NCBI GenBank assembly: GCA_964537135.1
Contig: CAZHZC010000010.1
Coordinates: 3,866-67,865 of the forward strand
Source of the DNA: an uncultured Rikenella sp.
Lineage (GTDB): Bacteria; Bacteroidota; Bacteroidia; Bacteroidales; VadinHA17
DNA: 64,000 bases
Direction: 5' to 3'
The translations under genes and the position numbers were made by a program. The notes below the pieces were generated by a model. The model was not told the origin of the DNA, did no database searches, and saw only the letters and a program-made list of their open reading frames with translations. Below, piece after piece: positions 26,901-35,431 of this stretch. Position 1 is the first letter of the stretch. Each line of letters begins with the position of its first letter.

Positions 26901-29615
26901 TCCGGTAGCGCCCAGGGCAGGTATGTTCATCCCAACGAAGGAGGGATAAGGAGCATAAGGAAGGACGGTTCGCGTGATGCTGGCATCGCCCCCCTTCTCA
27001 AACACCCTGGTGGTGAAGACAGCGTTGAGCATGCCCGGCGCATCGAGCTCTGTATCAGGAGCGAAGCTGACCGTCGCCTCACCGCTGCTGCTGATGGTCC
27101 CGTCGAAGATGGTCTGGCTCTCAAACCAGAACCGTGCTGCCGGATCATCAAAGGTGTACTGTCCGTATCTGTCGAACTGCGTCTTCACCGGCACAAGGTG
27201 CAGGTCAACCGTCGACTTCATGTCACGTGCCACCGTGCCGTTCAGCCAGGTCACCTTCATCAGGCCCCTGATGGCGCGCGTTGCTCCGCCGGCCATGGTA
27301 CCGGGGAAGTCAAGCCTGATCTTCAGCCTGTTGGGCTTTACCGTCTCCACCTTGACAGTGTGTGAGAAGGTGGCTGCGCCGATCCTTACCTGTGCACGGT
27401 AGTTACCTGTCTTGTCATCCTCGGAGGTGACCGATGAGAAGGTGATGAACCCCTTGTCATTGAGGGTGGTGACCTGCTGGTCGATACGCTGCCCCGTACT
27501 GTTGAACAGCTCATAGTGTACCGGATGGCCCGCCGGCAGTCCCTTCCTGCTCAAGTCACGGATAATAACCCCCAGGTAGATTGTGTCACCCGGACGCCTC
27601 ACATCACGCTCAGTGTAGAGGAAAGCCCTGATACCATCCTGGGGGGTCTCGCCGGAGACGTCGAACGAGCTCATGGAGAGCGCATTGGCACTACGCAGTG
27701 AGAGGTAGTTGCGGTTGTTCTCCTTGTGGGCGACAACCAGGTAGGGAGCCCTGGGGCAGGTGAAGGCGGCTGAGCCGTCGCGGGCGGTGATGACAGAGCC
27801 CAGCGGCTGGTTCTGATAGTCGAAGAGCTCAACAGTGACACCCTCAACCGGCTCGGCACTGCGCAAGTCACGTATGAAGATGGTGATGCGGTTGTCGGCA
27901 CCCCCCTTCGCTATGATACCCAGGTCGGAGGCCAGAATGTTACTGACCAGCTTTTTATCAGGACTGTAATAGGCATCGTTGCAGGGGTTGTTGTATTCGC
28001 GCCAGTTGTATGCATACTGGTAGAAGAGCCCCGACTCGGAGAGAGAGTAGTAGTTGTCAGAACCCTCCCACTGCCGGTCGAGGTCAGCCAGCTCAAGCAT
28101 CTCCTCATAGCGTGACGGCTTGCGGCTGTCGCTGCAGGGATAGGTTGAGTAAGAGGGACGCATACCCAGCTCAATGCGGTAGAGAATCCCCTGCTCAGGC
28201 TCTATGTAGTCAGAAAGGTCAATAGTGTAGAGGTTGTAGCCGCTTGCTGTCACTCCTGCTGCTGTTGCCCTTCCTCCTCCGGCAGATATACCTGCGCTTG
28301 TTGCTTTTCCGCCAGCTGTCACCACTCCTCCTGTCGCCCCGCCGGTCAGCGCTCCACCGCCGGTGAGCGCACCACCGCCGGTCAGGTCAATACGGCCGCG
28401 GTAGATCGGTCTGCCGAACGGCTGCACCTCGTTGTAGTATGAGGCGTTGCCCATGTTGTACTGCTGCAGGAAGTATGGCAGGTTGTTTTCGAAAATCTTG
28501 ATGATGGTCAGGTCAACGGCGCTCAGGCTGGCAGCCATGAAGGGGAAGATCAGGTCGCCCGAGGAGGGCATGATCACACCGCGGCCGGCAGACCTGATCC
28601 CCGGCATCACAGGCGTGAAATTGATGGTGTGTGTGACCGCCTCGCCCAGTCGCACACCTTTTGTGTTGCGTAGTGAGCCATCAATGGTAAGGGTCACCTC
28701 ACCGGTAATCGTGGCAGCGGGAATGACCAGCAGCCGGTTGGTCTCGGCAGTGACGGTGAGGGCATGTGCCGGCGTGACGGTGACCATCCCCTCCAGCTCG
28801 CCCGAGGCATCGAGAAGGTCAGAGAACCAGAGAGTGATACTCTTGCTCTCGCCGGTGCTGATCCTGATATCGGTGAGGGTGAAGAGTCCCTTAGCGGGAA
28901 TCATCACTGTGCTCTCACCCCTGTTTTTGACACCCCACTGTGTGCCGTTCCATGACACGGTAAGGGCGCGCTCCTCCTTCTCCCTGGAGATCTTCCCGAC
29001 AGTAAAAGTGTGGATATTCAGTGCTGAGTGGTCCCAGACGACCTTCTGGCTGCGCTTGCCGATAGTGGCGGTGAGATACTTCTCAACCTCCGTATTGTCT
29101 ATATGGTCTGCGGTGGTGACGCTGCCGGTAAGGGTGTAGGTCTCACCGTCAGGCAGGTCAACAGCTATCGGGTCAAGCGACACTACAAAGTTTTTTTCAA
29201 TAGTGTGGAAGCTCAGCGGGAAGCTGCTGAAAGGCTCCTCCACAGAGGCCAGCCGGCTCAGGCTGAGCGTACCCCGGTAGGCGGTGCCGGGCTGCAGGTG
29301 CCGCGAAGGCCTGAAGATCAGGGTGACATCATCAGCCCATTCAGCCTTCCCCTTGATGGCGGGAGTGAATGTGAAGAGACCCTGGGTACGGTTACGGTCT
29401 ATGGTGGCAGCAAACTCAGGGGTGAATATCACCTGCAGGGTACCGGTCACCGGAAGGGTACCTGTTGTGTATGCAGAGATATATTTGCTGTAGCCCTTGT
29501 CGATGATGGTGACCGCATGCGTGAGCAGCTCAGCGCCCGACTCCCTCCTCCCCCGCCCGCAGGAGAGCAGAATAAGTACAACAGCTACCGTAACAAAAAT
29601 CGGTGATCGGCTCAT
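23943..29615 (-). CDS. Alpha-2-macroglobulin family lipoprotein, thioester-containing (YfhM/ECAM type)
   Basis: The 1890-aa product has a lipoprotein signal (LILLSCG). The thioester motif GCTEQ is encoded at 25278-25292 on the minus strand. It is paired with pbpC downstream. Confidence 0.9.
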   Translation of the reverse strand: MSRSPIFVTVAVVLILLSCGRGRRESGAELLTHAVTIIDKGYSKYISAYTTGTLPVTGTLQVIFTPEFAATIDRNRTQGLFTFTPAIKGKAEWADDVTLIFRPSRHLQPGTAYRGTLSLSRLASVEEPFSSFPLSFHTIEKNFVVSLDPIAVDLPDGETYTLTGSVTTADHIDNTEVEKYLTATIGKRSQKVVWDHSALNIHTFTVGKISREKEERALTVSWNGTQWGVKNRGESTVMIPAKGLFTLTDIRISTGESKSITLWFSDLLDASGELEGMVTVTPAHALTVTAETNRLLVIPAATITGEVTLTIDGSLRNTKGVRLGEAVTHTINFTPVMPGIRSAGRGVIMPSSGDLIFPFMAASLSAVDLTIIKIFENNLPYFLQQYNMGNASYYNEVQPFGRPIYRGRIDLTGGGALTGGGALTGGATGGVVTAGGKATSAGISAGGGRATAAGVTASGYNLYTIDLSDYIEPEQGILYRIELGMRPSYSTYPCSDSRKPSRYEEMLELADLDRQWEGSDNYYSLSESGLFYQYAYNWREYNNPCNDAYYSPDKKLVSNILASDLGIIAKGGADNRITIFIRDLRSAEPVEGVTVELFDYQNQPLGSVITARDGSAAFTCPRAPYLVVAHKENNRNYLSLRSANALSMSSFDVSGETPQDGIRAFLYTERDVRRPGDTIYLGVIIRDLSRKGLPAGHPVHYELFNSTGQRIDQQVTTLNDKGFITFSSVTSEDDKTGNYRAQVRIGAATFSHTVKVETVKPNRLKIRLDFPGTMAGGATRAIRGLMKVTWLNGTVARDMKSTVDLHLVPVKTQFDRYGQYTFDDPAARFWFESQTIFDGTISSSGEATVSFAPDTELDAPGMLNAVFTTRVFEKGGDASITRTVLPYAPYPSFVGMNIPALGATGRLLYTDRSNEVRLVTLDKEGRPVTSRVEVNIYKLDFRWWWESDQEYLGSYITRGGNRHIFSETITTTGGEGKVSFKVGKEQWGRYLVRATLPSGHSTGMIVLVDWPWDYGMKPGGNDGATLLQLNTDKEKYNVGDMISLNFPAPANGRAIITVEGSTGVMEVISEKTDAGNSEVKIRATPEMAPNVYLSVTLLQPHAQTANDAPLRLYGVIPVMVEDPDTRLEPVITMSDRIRSQQVVEIKVSEKRKQKMTYTVALVDEGLLDLTGFRTPDPWKWFFVKHALGVRTWDLYDIVFGAFGGRLSRALATGGSEAAVDHSKSRDRRFEPVVRFIGPFTLAPGKSAVHKITMPHYTGSVRVMVTAAGTANRFGSAEKSVTVADPLMVLATAPRVLSPGDRVALPVTVFAQESSITDVTVTATTNEMVSLTVAEGSLQFDEPGDKDLELFLTTAGKPGTATVTVTATGHGEKATHSLNVPVRSPNAPERRAETMSLDAGRSYDKSFTPFGLSGTSALTVELSTLPSVSLERRLRFLTSFPHGCTEQVTSAAFPQLYLPDLLGKGLEDPATVRNHVQEALRTVASRQLPSGGVPSWPGGAYPDDWVTSYTGHFALEAQKAGYTIPDGFLSRWSAYQRSQSSKWSYQPQYRYTATDQAYRLFTMALAGSPDRGAMNRMREISDLPTLARWLLAAAYATTGRKEVAQTLIDVRNMKSESEYANYYYGSSLRDQSVILYTLTLTEMHGEALAMLRDVAAALSLDTWYSTQTTAWGLFAYMNYARQSGSAAGRPIKATIEFNGSRDKLSAAGGTLLKRYLPDGPGRVTVVNEGETPVFVTITEEGVPPAADMTVRESNLTMKVSYRDMEGKNPITVSPLPQGTTFTMWAEVTNTTHRQINDLALTQMVPSGWEIQNTRLFESGLQIREDAHDYRDFRDDRVYTYFSLKSGETKRFFIIVTASYRGSYSMPAVLCESLYDDSYFARRPGFPVEVIK
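28240..28386. repeat. In-frame Gly/Ala/Thr-rich repeat tract (18-bp core) inside the alpha-2-macroglobulin gene
   Basis: It encodes LTGGGALTGGGALTGGATGGVVTAGGKATSAGISAGGGRATAAGVTAS. Confidence 0.8.
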
Positions 29616-29685
29616 GGTATATTTTTTTGATCAGTATCGGTTTAAAAGGTATGACTCCTCACAGCATTGATCTAATCCCTGTGGA

Positions 29686-29775
29686 TTTTCGGATCTTTCC
29701 GGTCTTTCGGATCTTTCCGGTTTTTCCGGTCTTTCCGGTTTTTCCCGGTCTTCCCTGCTCTTTCCCGGGTTTTTT
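29686..29775. repeat. CT-rich short tandem repeats (tttccggtc-like units)
   Basis: Variants of ttttcggatctttccggtc are repeated directly upstream of the alpha-2-macroglobulin start. Confidence 0.8.
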
Positions 29776-29943
29776 AGGTTGTCCCGGAATTTTCCCTCCT
29801 TCCCGCTCCTCCCTCCTTCCTGCTCCTCCCCTTTGCTCCTGCTGCTGCTGTCAGATGCCAGTGATCTCATCCCCGAATCTAACCAATCTTCCCGCTCCTT
29901 CTCACCCTCCCTCTCTTCCCCACTATTCGTGAGGCCGCTGTTG

Positions 29944-30846
29944 TCAGATGCCGGTGATCTCATTCCGCAGCTTAGCCACGTAATCACGTATCTGGTTAAG
30001 CGTCTCCACGGTCACGGTCATCTCGGTTCCCGAGGTGGTGATGACCTGTCTCATGGTATCCACCAGCACGTCGCCCGGCTGGTAATAGATTTCAAAGGTG
30101 TCAAACCAGCGGTTGAGGTATTTCAGCTTCTTGGTGTAGAAGACCACCATCGGCTCACTGTAGTAGTTCTTCATGAAGCTGAGCAGTGAGAGCAGTGAAT
30201 ATTTCTGCTCGGCTATCTTACCCACCACCTCCGGGTCGGGGTTGTCGGGATCATAGGCCAGCTGTGTGGCGAGGTACATCGCCTCAATCCACCCTCCCAT
30301 GAGCATCAGTCCCAGCGTCCCCTCATTACCGTCGCTACGAAGGCTGCTGTCTATTTTGGCGAAGGTGCGGTTCATGAGCTGTGTCAGTGAGTCGGGATGG
30401 TTCATCTCCGGATCGATATTCCTGATAGCATCGGTCAGCAGGTTGGAGGGCATCCCGAGCCGGTCGCTCAGCGTCCTGATGGTAGTGAAGTAACTCATCG
30501 TCTGGCGGTTCACGCCGAAGAGCCTGAGGTAACCCATATCCACCCCATAGACACCCAGGTTCATCGCTGCCTTGTAGCTGCTCATATAGAGGTCGCGGTT
30601 CTCGGAGGAGAGTATAATGGTGTCATTGAGCCGAATGCCCAGACGGTCAAAAATGTTGCACGCCTCCACCGGGGTGAGCAGCCCGTAATAGATCTCCCTC
30701 TTCTTTTTGATCTCGGAGACCGATTCCGGCGGATGGGTGGAGAATACCGGCACCGGCAGCCCGAGACTCCTCTCTGCCCTTTTACATGATGCACTGACGG
30801 CAAGGAGAAGGCATAATATAATGGTCACAGGAAACGTCAGTCTCAT
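29944..30846 (-). CDS. Hypothetical lipoprotein
   Basis: Start trimmed to the ATG at 30846 (MRLTFPVTIILCLLLAVSASC, a lipobox). The 100 upstream codons in the ORF track lie in a repeat region. No family recognised. Confidence 0.55.
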   Translation of the reverse strand: MRLTFPVTIILCLLLAVSASCKRAERSLGLPVPVFSTHPPESVSEIKKKREIYYGLLTPVEACNIFDRLGIRLNDTIILSSENRDLYMSSYKAAMNLGVYGVDMGYLRLFGVNRQTMSYFTTIRTLSDRLGMPSNLLTDAIRNIDPEMNHPDSLTQLMNRTFAKIDSSLRSDGNEGTLGLMLMGGWIEAMYLATQLAYDPDNPDPEVVGKIAEQKYSLLSLLSFMKNYYSEPMVVFYTKKLKYLNRWFDTFEIYYQPGDVLVDTMRQVITTSGTEMTVTVETLNQIRDYVAKLRNEITGI

Positions 30847-30935
30847 TATATGCAGGAATTTTTGGCAAGGTAACAAAAAAGCTTTTCCGATCATCAGTAA
30901 AAATGGCACTGATTGCCGGCGCCGACGTGGGGAAT

Positions 30936-31142
30936 GGGAGTACCGACGAACGGAAGGGTGAGAGTGATCGGAGTGTAATAGCAGTGGGAGATGGTAGGGC
31001 GGAAATTGGTAATGTGACGGCGTCGCGTGAAACGGGGGCGGTGGAAGGAGAGTAGCGGTAGCAGGAGACGGATGGAACGGGAGTACCGACGAACGGAAGG
31101 GTGAGAGTGATCGGAGTGTAATTGCAGTGGGAGATGGTAGGG
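30936..31142. repeat. Pair of 64-bp direct repeats separated by 79 bp
   Basis: Copies at 30936-30999 and 31079-31142 (gggagtaccgacgaacggaagggtgagagtgatcggagtgtaat[a/t]gcagtgggagatggtaggg) differ at one position. Confidence 0.9.
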
Positions 31143-31200
31143 ACACGAAGGACCTCGGAGGGAGTAGCTTCGATGGGAAGGGAGTAGTTCCGGGCAGTTA

Positions 31201-33168
31201 TTACAGAATTATTCTTGTACCGATCCCGGCAGCTATCTTTTTTTGCAGTGCGGCCATCGCCTTATGCTGTTCCTGCAGCGCTGATATCTTCTTCTCATCG
31301 TCGCCTGCCTCCTTGATAGCTTTGAGTATCTCCCGCTGCATCATCTTTATCTTGTCGCCCTTGAACTTCAGCACCGCGTCGGAGACGATCTTTTTGAGCT
31401 TCATCTCCTCGGTCTCGACGTAGGTGCCATGCTTGCGCCACAGGTCACTCAGCATATCCCTCTCCGTCAGCAGGTCAACCGCCAGGATGCTTATCTGCGG
31501 ATTGGCATGCTGTACGAAGTTACGGTCTGCCGGTACCATACCCTGGCTTACGCCGAAGCTGATCTCTTCGAACATCAGGGCGAGGGAGGGGTCATCAAAC
31601 TTCAGCTCATCCTCAACAATCTCATTGATTATGTAGTCAGCCACGGTGGTGATAACCTCGGTACCCTCATCGGGATCAGTGGCACTGGTGAGCACCTCCG
31701 TTCCGTAGCGTATTAGCAGCCTCACTATCTCTTTTTCAGAGTAGTAGGCGGTTACCGTCGCTCTCCTCTGCCGTGCCTGCAGTGTGGCGGCTGTCACGCC
31801 GGCAGCATCCGCCAGTCCGCCTGTGGCGCTATCCTGTCCGGGCCACTTGTTACGGTCGCGGAAGCTGGGCTGGTTGCGCAGCTTCATCACCTCATCCAGT
31901 ACTACCTCCTCAGGCATGGCCAGCTGGGTGCTGCACTCCTTCACATAGACAGTCCTGATGATCTGGTCAGGTATGACCGCTATCGACCGCACCACCTCAC
32001 GTACCAGTCCGGCGCGCTTGACCGGGTCACCCTTGGCATCATCTAGCAGCAGGCTGGTCTTGAAGGTGATAAAATCCTTTTCGTTCTCCTGCAGGTAACG
32101 CCTGAACTCCTCATTAGAGACCTTCTTTGAGTATGAGTCGGGATCTTCACCGTCGGGCAGCACCACGATGCGCACATTCATACCCTCCTCAAGTATCAGG
32201 TCGGTGCCCCTCAGTGAGGCCATCAGCCCCGCCTGGTCACCGTCATAGAGCATGGTGATATTAGGTGTGAACCGCTTGATGAGCCTCACCTGCTCGGGGG
32301 TGAGCGCCGTACCCGATGAGGCTACCACATTCTCAACACCAGCCTGGAACATAGAGAGCACATCGGTGTACCCCTCCACCAGGAAGCACTTCTCCTCCCT
32401 GATGATCATCTGCCGCGCCTGGAAGATACCATACAGGATACGGCTCTTGTGATAGACCTCGGTCTCAGGGGTGTTGACATACTTGGCTGCCTTCTTATCC
32501 TTTTTGAGTATCCGTCCGCCAAAGCCGAGCACCTGCCCCGAGAGGGAGTGGATAGGAAACATGATTCGTCCGGCAAAGCGGTCAAAGAGGTCCCCCTCCT
32601 TGTCGATGGTGAGTCCGCTGTCTACCAGGAACTCACTACGGTAGCCGTCAGCAAGGGCCTTCTGCGTAAAATCGTCACGTTTCTCATTGCAGTAGCCCAC
32701 CTCAAACTTCTGCAGTATCTCATTCCGGAATCCCCTCTCCCGGAAGTAGGAGAGTCCGAGTGCCAGACCTTCGCGTCCGTGAAACAGGTTTTCCGTAAAC
32801 TGCCGGGCAGCGTAGCGGTTAACCACCAGCAGGCTCTCACGCTCGTCCTGCTTCGCCTTCTCCTCGGGGGTGATCTCCTTCTCCTCAACCTCAATGTGGT
32901 ACTTCTTCGCCAGCCATCGCAGGGCATCAGGGTAGGAGAGGTGCTCATGCTCCATGATGAAGGTGACGGCATTGCCACCCTTTCCACAGCCGAAACATTT
33001 GAAGATACCTTTGGCGGGCGAGACGGTGAACGACGGAGTCTTCTCATTGTGGAACGGACACAGACCCAGATAGTTGACACCCCTTCGACGGAGTGGCACA
33101 AACTCAGAGATCACATCATTGATCTGTGCAGCCTCGAAAATACGTTCTATGGTAGAGTGATCGATCAC
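31201..33168 (-). CDS. dnaG: DNA primase
   Basis: It has the zinc-finger motif CPFHNEKTPSFTVSPAKGIFKCFGCG, a TOPRIM segment (LVEGYTDV, YDGDQAG) and a C-terminal helicase-binding region. Confidence 0.92.
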   Translation of the reverse strand: MIDHSTIERIFEAAQINDVISEFVPLRRRGVNYLGLCPFHNEKTPSFTVSPAKGIFKCFGCGKGGNAVTFIMEHEHLSYPDALRWLAKKYHIEVEEKEITPEEKAKQDERESLLVVNRYAARQFTENLFHGREGLALGLSYFRERGFRNEILQKFEVGYCNEKRDDFTQKALADGYRSEFLVDSGLTIDKEGDLFDRFAGRIMFPIHSLSGQVLGFGGRILKKDKKAAKYVNTPETEVYHKSRILYGIFQARQMIIREEKCFLVEGYTDVLSMFQAGVENVVASSGTALTPEQVRLIKRFTPNITMLYDGDQAGLMASLRGTDLILEEGMNVRIVVLPDGEDPDSYSKKVSNEEFRRYLQENEKDFITFKTSLLLDDAKGDPVKRAGLVREVVRSIAVIPDQIIRTVYVKECSTQLAMPEEVVLDEVMKLRNQPSFRDRNKWPGQDSATGGLADAAGVTAATLQARQRRATVTAYYSEKEIVRLLIRYGTEVLTSATDPDEGTEVITTVADYIINEIVEDELKFDDPSLALMFEEISFGVSQGMVPADRNFVQHANPQISILAVDLLTERDMLSDLWRKHGTYVETEEMKLKKIVSDAVLKFKGDKIKMMQREILKAIKEAGDDEKKISALQEQHKAMAALQKKIAAGIGTRIIL

Positions 33169-33206
33169 GGTCAGGTAAAGTTAAAAAAAAAGGGGTTTGA
33201 CCGGAG

Positions 33207-33350
33207 GAAAGGAGTGAGGATGCTATGGAGAAAGGAGTGAAGTTGCCATGAAGAAAGGAGCGAGGATGCCGTGAAGAAAGGAGGAGGTTGCTGTGAAGAA
33301 AGGAGGAGGTTGCCGTGAGGAAAGGAGTGAGGTTACCATGAAGAAAGGAG
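33207..33350. repeat. 22-23-bp tandem repeat, about 6.5 copies
   Basis: gaaaggag cores start at 33207, 33230, 33253, 33276, 33298, 33320 and 33343, between the YhbP-like gene and dnaG. Confidence 0.9.
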
Positions 33351-33368
33351 CTCTGCTGATGGCACCAT

Positions 33369-33830
33369 TTATTCTGGGGATGATGAACTTGTCTCCTCTT
33401 CACGGTCCCATACTATTTTTTTTCCGAATCCCAGGCGGTTGTCGGTCAGCTTGATATGGCTGAGACGCACCTCCCAAAGGTGCAGGGTGAAGAGGGCAGC
33501 ATAAGGAAACCGCTTCAGGAAGAGGCGGCGGGCACGCCTGAGAGCATCACCCTCCAGGACGGTCACCTCACCAGTGAACTGGGCGCCGCAGATACGTCCC
33601 ACCCTGCGGGTCTCTAGGGCGATGGTGCCGGCTACGGAGGGATTTCCGAGAAACTCCTTCCCATGCCGTGTGGTGAGGTCGGTGGTGATGATGAATGAGT
33701 TGTGATCCTCATCCCAGACGTAGAAGCACGATGCACACCAGGGCCCCTGCTGGCTGACAGTGGCTATACTGAACACATGGTGCCTCCTGAAGAGTGATAC
33801 AACCCGTTTATGGAGATTATGCTGATTCAC
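33369..33830 (-). CDS. Pyridoxamine 5'-phosphate oxidase-fold protein, YhbP/UPF0306-like
   Basis: The 153-aa product shows a pattern typical of the family (SIATVSQQGPWCASCFY, RICGAQFTGE, KLTDNRLGFGKKIVW). Confidence 0.65.
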   Translation of the reverse strand: MNQHNLHKRVVSLFRRHHVFSIATVSQQGPWCASCFYVWDEDHNSFIITTDLTTRHGKEFLGNPSVAGTIALETRRVGRICGAQFTGEVTVLEGDALRRARRLFLKRFPYAALFTLHLWEVRLSHIKLTDNRLGFGKKIVWDREEETSSSSPE

Positions 33831-33927
33831 ATGGAATTTTTAGAGAAAATAACATCCTGCATCGAAAAGAACAACATCTCGTATCAGAAAGGACAGTATC
33901 CCATATCTGTCAGTGCTCACCACAGCC

Positions 33928-34710
33928 CTATTCCTTATCCTCTTCATTCCACCTGAAGGTGTCAATGGTGAATCCTGCCAGCGCCAGCACCCTGTCGGTC
34001 ACCGTCATCACCAGTTCATCTATCGTCTGCGTACGGCTGTAGAAGGAGGGTGTAGCCGGACAGATGATTGCGCCGGCCTCGGTGAGCAGCTTCATGTTGT
34101 TGATATGTATGAGGCTGTAGGGTGTCTCGCGTGGTACCAGTATGAGGCGACGGCGCTCCTTGAGCATCACGTCGGCGGCACGGGTGATAAGGTCGTCAGA
34201 GACGCCGTGGGCTATACGGCCAACCATCCCCATGGAGGCGGGACAGATGATCATCGTGTCGTATGACGATGAGCCGGAAGCGAACGGAGCATTGAAGTCG
34301 TTGTTCTGCCACTGCCTCTCTACGCCTGAGGAGATGTAACCCTGACCGGTCTCATGAACCATAATCCCGGCAGCGTTGGAGGTCAGTATGACGGCCACCT
34401 CCTGCAACAGAACGGCTGAATCTTTATTCCGGAGTGGCGACCCGCCTGCCTCGCGCTGGAGACTGTGCTCATCAGATGCCATGCCCGTGTGGTGCTGCAG
34501 ACCATGTTCACCCGATGCCATGCCCGAGTGGTGCTGCTGACGTTGCTCACCGGATACCTTGTCAGTGTGGTGCAGTAGTCCGGGCTCACCTGCCTCTCTG
34601 TCCGTACCAGGCAGTGGAGCAGCCAGTCCCCGCAGCCGTTCAAGCAGTTTGAGAGCGTAAATCGAACCGCTGGCACCGGTAATCGCAACTATTATCTTCC
34701 TGTTGTTCAT
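33928..34710 (-). CDS. ubiX: Flavin prenyltransferase UbiX with a ~65-70 aa insertion
   Basis: Motifs include IIVAITGASGSIYALKLLE, ICPASMGMVGRIAHGVSDDLITRAADV and LILVPRETP. It is about 260 aa against about 190 aa usual. Confidence 0.85.
   Translation of the reverse strand: MNNRKIIVAITGASGSIYALKLLERLRGLAAPLPGTDREAGEPGLLHHTDKVSGEQRQQHHSGMASGEHGLQHHTGMASDEHSLQREAGGSPLRNKDSAVLLQEVAVILTSNAAGIMVHETGQGYISSGVERQWQNNDFNAPFASGSSSYDTMIICPASMGMVGRIAHGVSDDLITRAADVMLKERRRLILVPRETPYSLIHINNMKLLTEAGAIICPATPSFYSRTQTIDELVMTVTDRVLALAGFTIDTFRWNEEDKE
34466..34585. repeat. 39-bp in-frame tandem repeat, 3 degenerate copies, inside ubiX
   Basis: It encodes HHTDKVSGEQRQQ, HHSGMASGEHGLQ and HHTGMASDEHSLQ on the minus strand. 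Confidence 0.85.
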
Positions 34711-34951
34711 ACGGCAAAGTTAAGGATTAATGATTCTTTGCAGGATGGTTTGTTCTATTGAGTAAAAACCGGAAGAGCGGAATTGTTTAAATGGAGCAGA
34801 AAAATTATTGAACTAAACAGCGGGGAAGAGCTGATATTCCAGGCACAGAGCCTGGAACATTACTGGGCGTACAAATTGAAACACTGCCGGCACAATTTTC
34901 CGACAGGCAGTCACCGCTGCAAGAATCTGTTTACAGAGAGCCTGGCAGCGG

Positions 34952-35419
34952 TCATACTATTAGTATAACAACCGCACCTATAATAAATATAGTGGTAGAG
35001 ATCAGGTAGAATCTTCTGTTTGATAATGTGTGGAAATGCATTATCACGGTAAAGAGCAATTGCACGATCAGGAAAAACAGTACCGGAACCATAATGTCGA
35101 TACTGTAGTCATCATTTATTGACTGTATCATGCTGAAGACGATGAGACAGGCGTAGAGTGCCATCAGAAAGATGCGGCTCAACAGATTGCTGGTTTGAAT
35201 AGATTTTTCAGGATTACTCTTCTCCTTTGAGTAGAGAAACAGAAGCAGTCCGCTGGCGAACAAAAAGGTAAACAGCTTAATAAGGTGCAGGTTGGCAAAT
35301 ATTACCGGATCAGATACGGTAACATATTTACATAAAACAATTCCTGACAGGCTTATGAGACTGATTAGTACACCTGTCAACTTTACAGGGTAGCTGCCCA
35401 ATCCGATATCTGCTTTCAT
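34952..35419 (-). CDS. Integral membrane protein (about 5 TM segments), unknown function
   Basis: The 155-aa product is strongly hydrophobic. The gene is visibly more AT-rich than its neighbours. Confidence 0.45.
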   Translation of the reverse strand: MKADIGLGSYPVKLTGVLISLISLSGIVLCKYVTVSDPVIFANLHLIKLFTFLFASGLLLFLYSKEKSNPEKSIQTSNLLSRIFLMALYACLIVFSMIQSINDDYSIDIMVPVLFFLIVQLLFTVIMHFHTLSNRRFYLISTTIFIIGAVVILIV

Positions 35420-35431
35420 AATAATGAGTTA

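Noticed and set aside
29603-29987. 109-aa (plus) and 118-aa (minus) ORFs upstream of the alpha-2-macroglobulin gene
   Set aside because: Both are read from CT-rich or GA-rich tandem repeats (FPVFRIFPVF and ERPE(K/R) runs). They are most likely non-coding repeat sequence.
30847-31146. A 100-codon N-terminal extension of the lipoprotein ORF (400-aa version in the ORF track)
   Set aside because: The extension is encoded by the 64-bp direct repeat region and is Pro/Ser/His-rich. A canonical lipoprotein signal begins at the ATG at 30846.
33116-33403. A 95-aa minus-strand ORF across the dnaG upstream array
   Set aside because: It is encoded almost entirely by the 22-23-bp tandem repeat (SFLHGNLTPF-type iterations) and overlaps the ends of two real genes.
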